A stretch of 63,532 bases of DNA, filler included, from Globobulimina sp. (Eukaryota): the NCBI GenBank assembly GCA_003354225.1. It is 42 parts of 42 records of this genome, joined end to end, with 100 filler letters (N's around TTAATTAATTAA, not from the genome) between each part and the next. Parts side by side here need not be neighbours in the genome. Positions count along the whole stretch, not along the records: positions 60,605 to 62,018 come from PIVH01017060.1; positions 62,119 to 63,532 come from PIVH01017061.1; 40 more parts are not named here. The stretch is one strand, 5' to 3'. The position numbers and the translations under genes were made by a program. The notes under the pieces are model-generated. The model saw only the letters and a program-made list of their open reading frames with translations. It did not search any database and had not been told where the DNA came from. Of this stretch, positions 61,037 to 63,532 are shown piece by piece. How positions within the stretch are numbered: the stretch's first letter is position 1; each line of letters opens with the position of its first letter.

Positions 61037-62012
61037 ATGAACACACAAAAGACATTACCTGCATTATTTCAATCCCATACCGGAAAGTCCGAATTATGCG
61101 AAATCTCTGCCAACATAGAACAACGGCAACACAGCACCAAATCAACCAATCCATCATATCCACCACAAGCCACATCTGCAGCCAAAATACTTAAACAAAA
61201 CGGATACCGGAAACTAAGTACAATATGCAACACATTACAAGGCGAATTATACAAAGCAAAAGACATGAAATCAAAGCAATTGGTAGCAATCAAAAGAACA
61301 AATAAATTATTATTTGCTTCAGGAATAGCACACGAAGAAGAGACAACATTTTGCGTTTCTGAGAATATAATCAGAGAAGCCTTAATCTTGCAATATTTAA
61401 CCATTCATAATAAATGTATCGGTGGTTATATTATTCAATTTATTAATTTCTTCCAATCTGAAAGCGATTATTATTTAGTTATTGAATATATTGACTCACA
61501 AATAAACTTACAACAATTTGTGGAGATGGCACAGCAACATATTCAAAATGGAACACTTAAATTAAAACGTTATCAAAAAACGATTCAATATTTATATTGG
61601 CAGTTGGCAGTTACTCTACAATGGCTTCATAATTCTATGAAATGTACGTAAATATATCCACATTCCACACAAAACAACAAAATAAACAATGCAATATATG
61701 ATAGGCTGCCATTTGGATTTATGTTTACAAAATATAATGCTCGCAAACTGTACATTTATCCAAGGAAAAGATGGTTATTTGAAGATAAATCCTGCGATTT
61801 GTGTAAAATTAGTCGATTTTGGTGTTGCTGAGTGTTTCCGTAACAAAGCTGTCTCATTCGACTGTAATAAACAATGGCTATCATTGGATAATGAACCATA
61901 TCTTGCACCGAAAGTATACAGTGAAGCAACGTACGACGCAGCATCCGCTGATATGTTAAGTAAAACTTTCTCAGATTGGAAATTTTCAGAAACTTTTTTG
62001 AGAAACAGATAA
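61037..62012 (+). CDS. Divergent Ser/Thr kinase (intron 61644..61704; 3' partial)
   Basis: VAIK, E helix, CHLDLCLQN, DFG and YLAPK. Confidence 0.85.
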
Positions 62013-62140
62013 TTTTTTNNNNNNNNNNNNNNNNNNNNNNNNNNNNNNNNNNNNNNNNNNNNTTAATTAATTAANNNNNNNNNNNNNNNNNNNNNNNNNN
62101 NNNNNNNNNNNNNNNNNNGTGTGCTCATACCTATATAAAC

Positions 62141-62311
62141 AGCTTACTTCGTTAAAATCTTAAAATCACTGTTCACAAACGACAAATGTTCCGAAATATT
62201 TTTCTAGATCACATATTAAATATCAAAACGAGGAAGAAACTGGCAAGAAAACTAAAAATTTGTCGTTTGTGACGTGATAACAGTGATTTTAAGATTTTCA
62301 CGAAGTAAGCT
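62141..62311. mobile_element. 171-bp MITE-like element with long terminal inverted repeats
   Basis: AGCTTACTTCGT(T/G)AAAATCTTAAAATCACTGTT..CACAAACGACAAAT at both ends in inverted orientation. Confidence 0.8.
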
Positions 62312-62530
62312 AGTCATCATAAACTTTGTACTGGACTTTTTTTTTAGAAGGATTTGGTTTCATACTGATGTGGTTCAATTATCACAGTCTGAATTATCTG
62401 AAAATAAATCTGCTTATGTTTCAATATAATTTAAAAATTAAAGGACAATCAAACAATTTAATGTATTAAATTGCATCAACACACCGCCGCGAACCAAAAA
62501 CATGCATGATTCAAAAAACATGTTCAAATT

Positions 62531-63532
62531 TTAGGTACACGTAACCCGATCTACATATTTCCCATAAACAGAGACACACAGTCCATGTAAACAAAATTTA
62601 TTGGCACACATAAATTTATAAAACTTCAAACCAAATGGAAATTGTAAGTATAAGCAATACGAATTGATGACGGCATCGATATGAAGAATAAATTCGAAAT
62701 AAAATAAATGATGCAATTCGTCAGCTTCATCCATGTGTTTCGCCGCATTTCTTTTCATTAAAACATACAAACAAACCGCCACCGACGTGACCACAGAGAA
62801 ACAAATTAAAATCGTATATTGTGTGATTGTATTAATATATGCTAATTTCGTATCGTTATATATCTTATCATATTTCCTCATTTTTGTATTATATTTGCGA
62901 TCCACATCACACGAAACATCAAATATGCCATCAATGGTAACCTCGGGATGTTCGAATGCGATGGCAAAAGATGTATTTTTCTGGAAATCGCCATCGTGCG
63001 CATTTAGATCCATATCCGTATGGTCATGGCTCGCATGCGCAGTTTTCGACATTTTTGTCATTGATACAATGGAGTGCGTTACGTCCAGATCTTTTAAACT
63101 GTCGCCAATGTCTATGTGTAATGCCACATTTTCATGTTGTTGCATTGTGCTGTTTGTATAATTTCTGATGGATATAAAATAGGATTTAATTAATTGAAAT
63201 AATTTGCGTTGGAACAAAACGATTAAAATGAATGGAAAGAATACGTTGAGCAATATCATTAAAATGATGACAATGGAATTTATTTGTAAAAGCAACGGAT
63301 ATTTCCAGATATGTCCATTGGTGCAAATGGTCACTATTAGCCAGTAACTGATGATAATGGGAAATAGGGATAAAAGACAATATAACATAATAAAAACATG
63401 TTTGTTGTACATCCACTTTGTGTTTTTAAATGAAAATCTTAAGCGAGCGACGAACACACAATGCATACAAAGGCGACCGATGAACCACGCATAAAAAGCA
63501 AACCGTTGCAAAATACGGATGTTGGACGTCAG
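62531..63532 (-). CDS. GPCR-like multi-TM protein (5' partial)
   Basis: WFIGRL..F.ARL..SF, several TM helices, and IDAVINSYCLYLQF. Confidence 0.65.
   Translation of the reverse strand: MTSNIRILQRFAFYAWFIGRLCMHCVFVARLRFSFKNTKWMYNKHVFIMLYCLLSLFPIIISYWLIVTICTNGHIWKYPLLLQINSIVIILMILLNVFFPFILIVLFQRKLFQLIKSYFISIRNYTNSTMQQHENVALHIDIGDSLKDLDVTHSIVSMTKMSKTAHASHDHTDMDLNAHDGDFQKNTSFAIAFEHPEVTIDGIFDVSCDVDRKYNTKMRKYDKIYNDTKLAYINTITQYTILICFSVVTSVAVCLYVLMKRNAAKHMDEADELHHLFYFEFILHIDAVINSYCLYLQFPFGLKFYKFMCANKFCLHGLCVSVYGKYVDRVTCT

Noticed and set aside
1418-62118. Regularly spaced TTAATTAATTAA palindromes
   Set aside because: These are artificial concatenation linkers embedded in N runs, not biological repeats.

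Overview
This is not a continuous locus. It is 42 unrelated contigs of about 1.4 kb (1417 down to 1414 bp, sorted by length), joined by 41 artificial 100-bp linkers (44 N + TTAATTAATTAA + 44 N), so no synteny can be inferred across linkers. Most contigs come from an AT-rich, gene-dense eukaryote with short GT-AG introns of 61-67 nt. The expanded gene families suggest a foraminiferan (Rhizaria), which is an inference. Recognisable genes include GAR1, SRP72, PEX1, a DDX52-like helicase, SHMT, D-lactate dehydrogenase, 6-phosphogluconolactonase, rhomboid, kinases, and RCC1, SPRY and 7TM proteins. Mobile DNA includes fragments of a Helitron, a tyrosine-recombinase element, a non-LTR retrotransposon, a hAT-like transposase and MITE-like elements. 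One contig is bacterial (Bacteroidota-like, with mraZ), and at least two contigs look like eukaryote/prokaryote chimeras. The most notable observations are: a single-chain aquaporin with at least three tandem MIP domains and Val in place of the selectivity-filter Arg; an expanded ADP-ribosyltransferase-fold family with an H-S-(E/Q)xE signature; a double-ubiquitin-like/acyl-CoA synthetase fusion; a PX/J-domain fusion; a FIH-like JmjC protein lacking its iron ligands; and a dispersed family of tiny elements with AGATAACCC ends.
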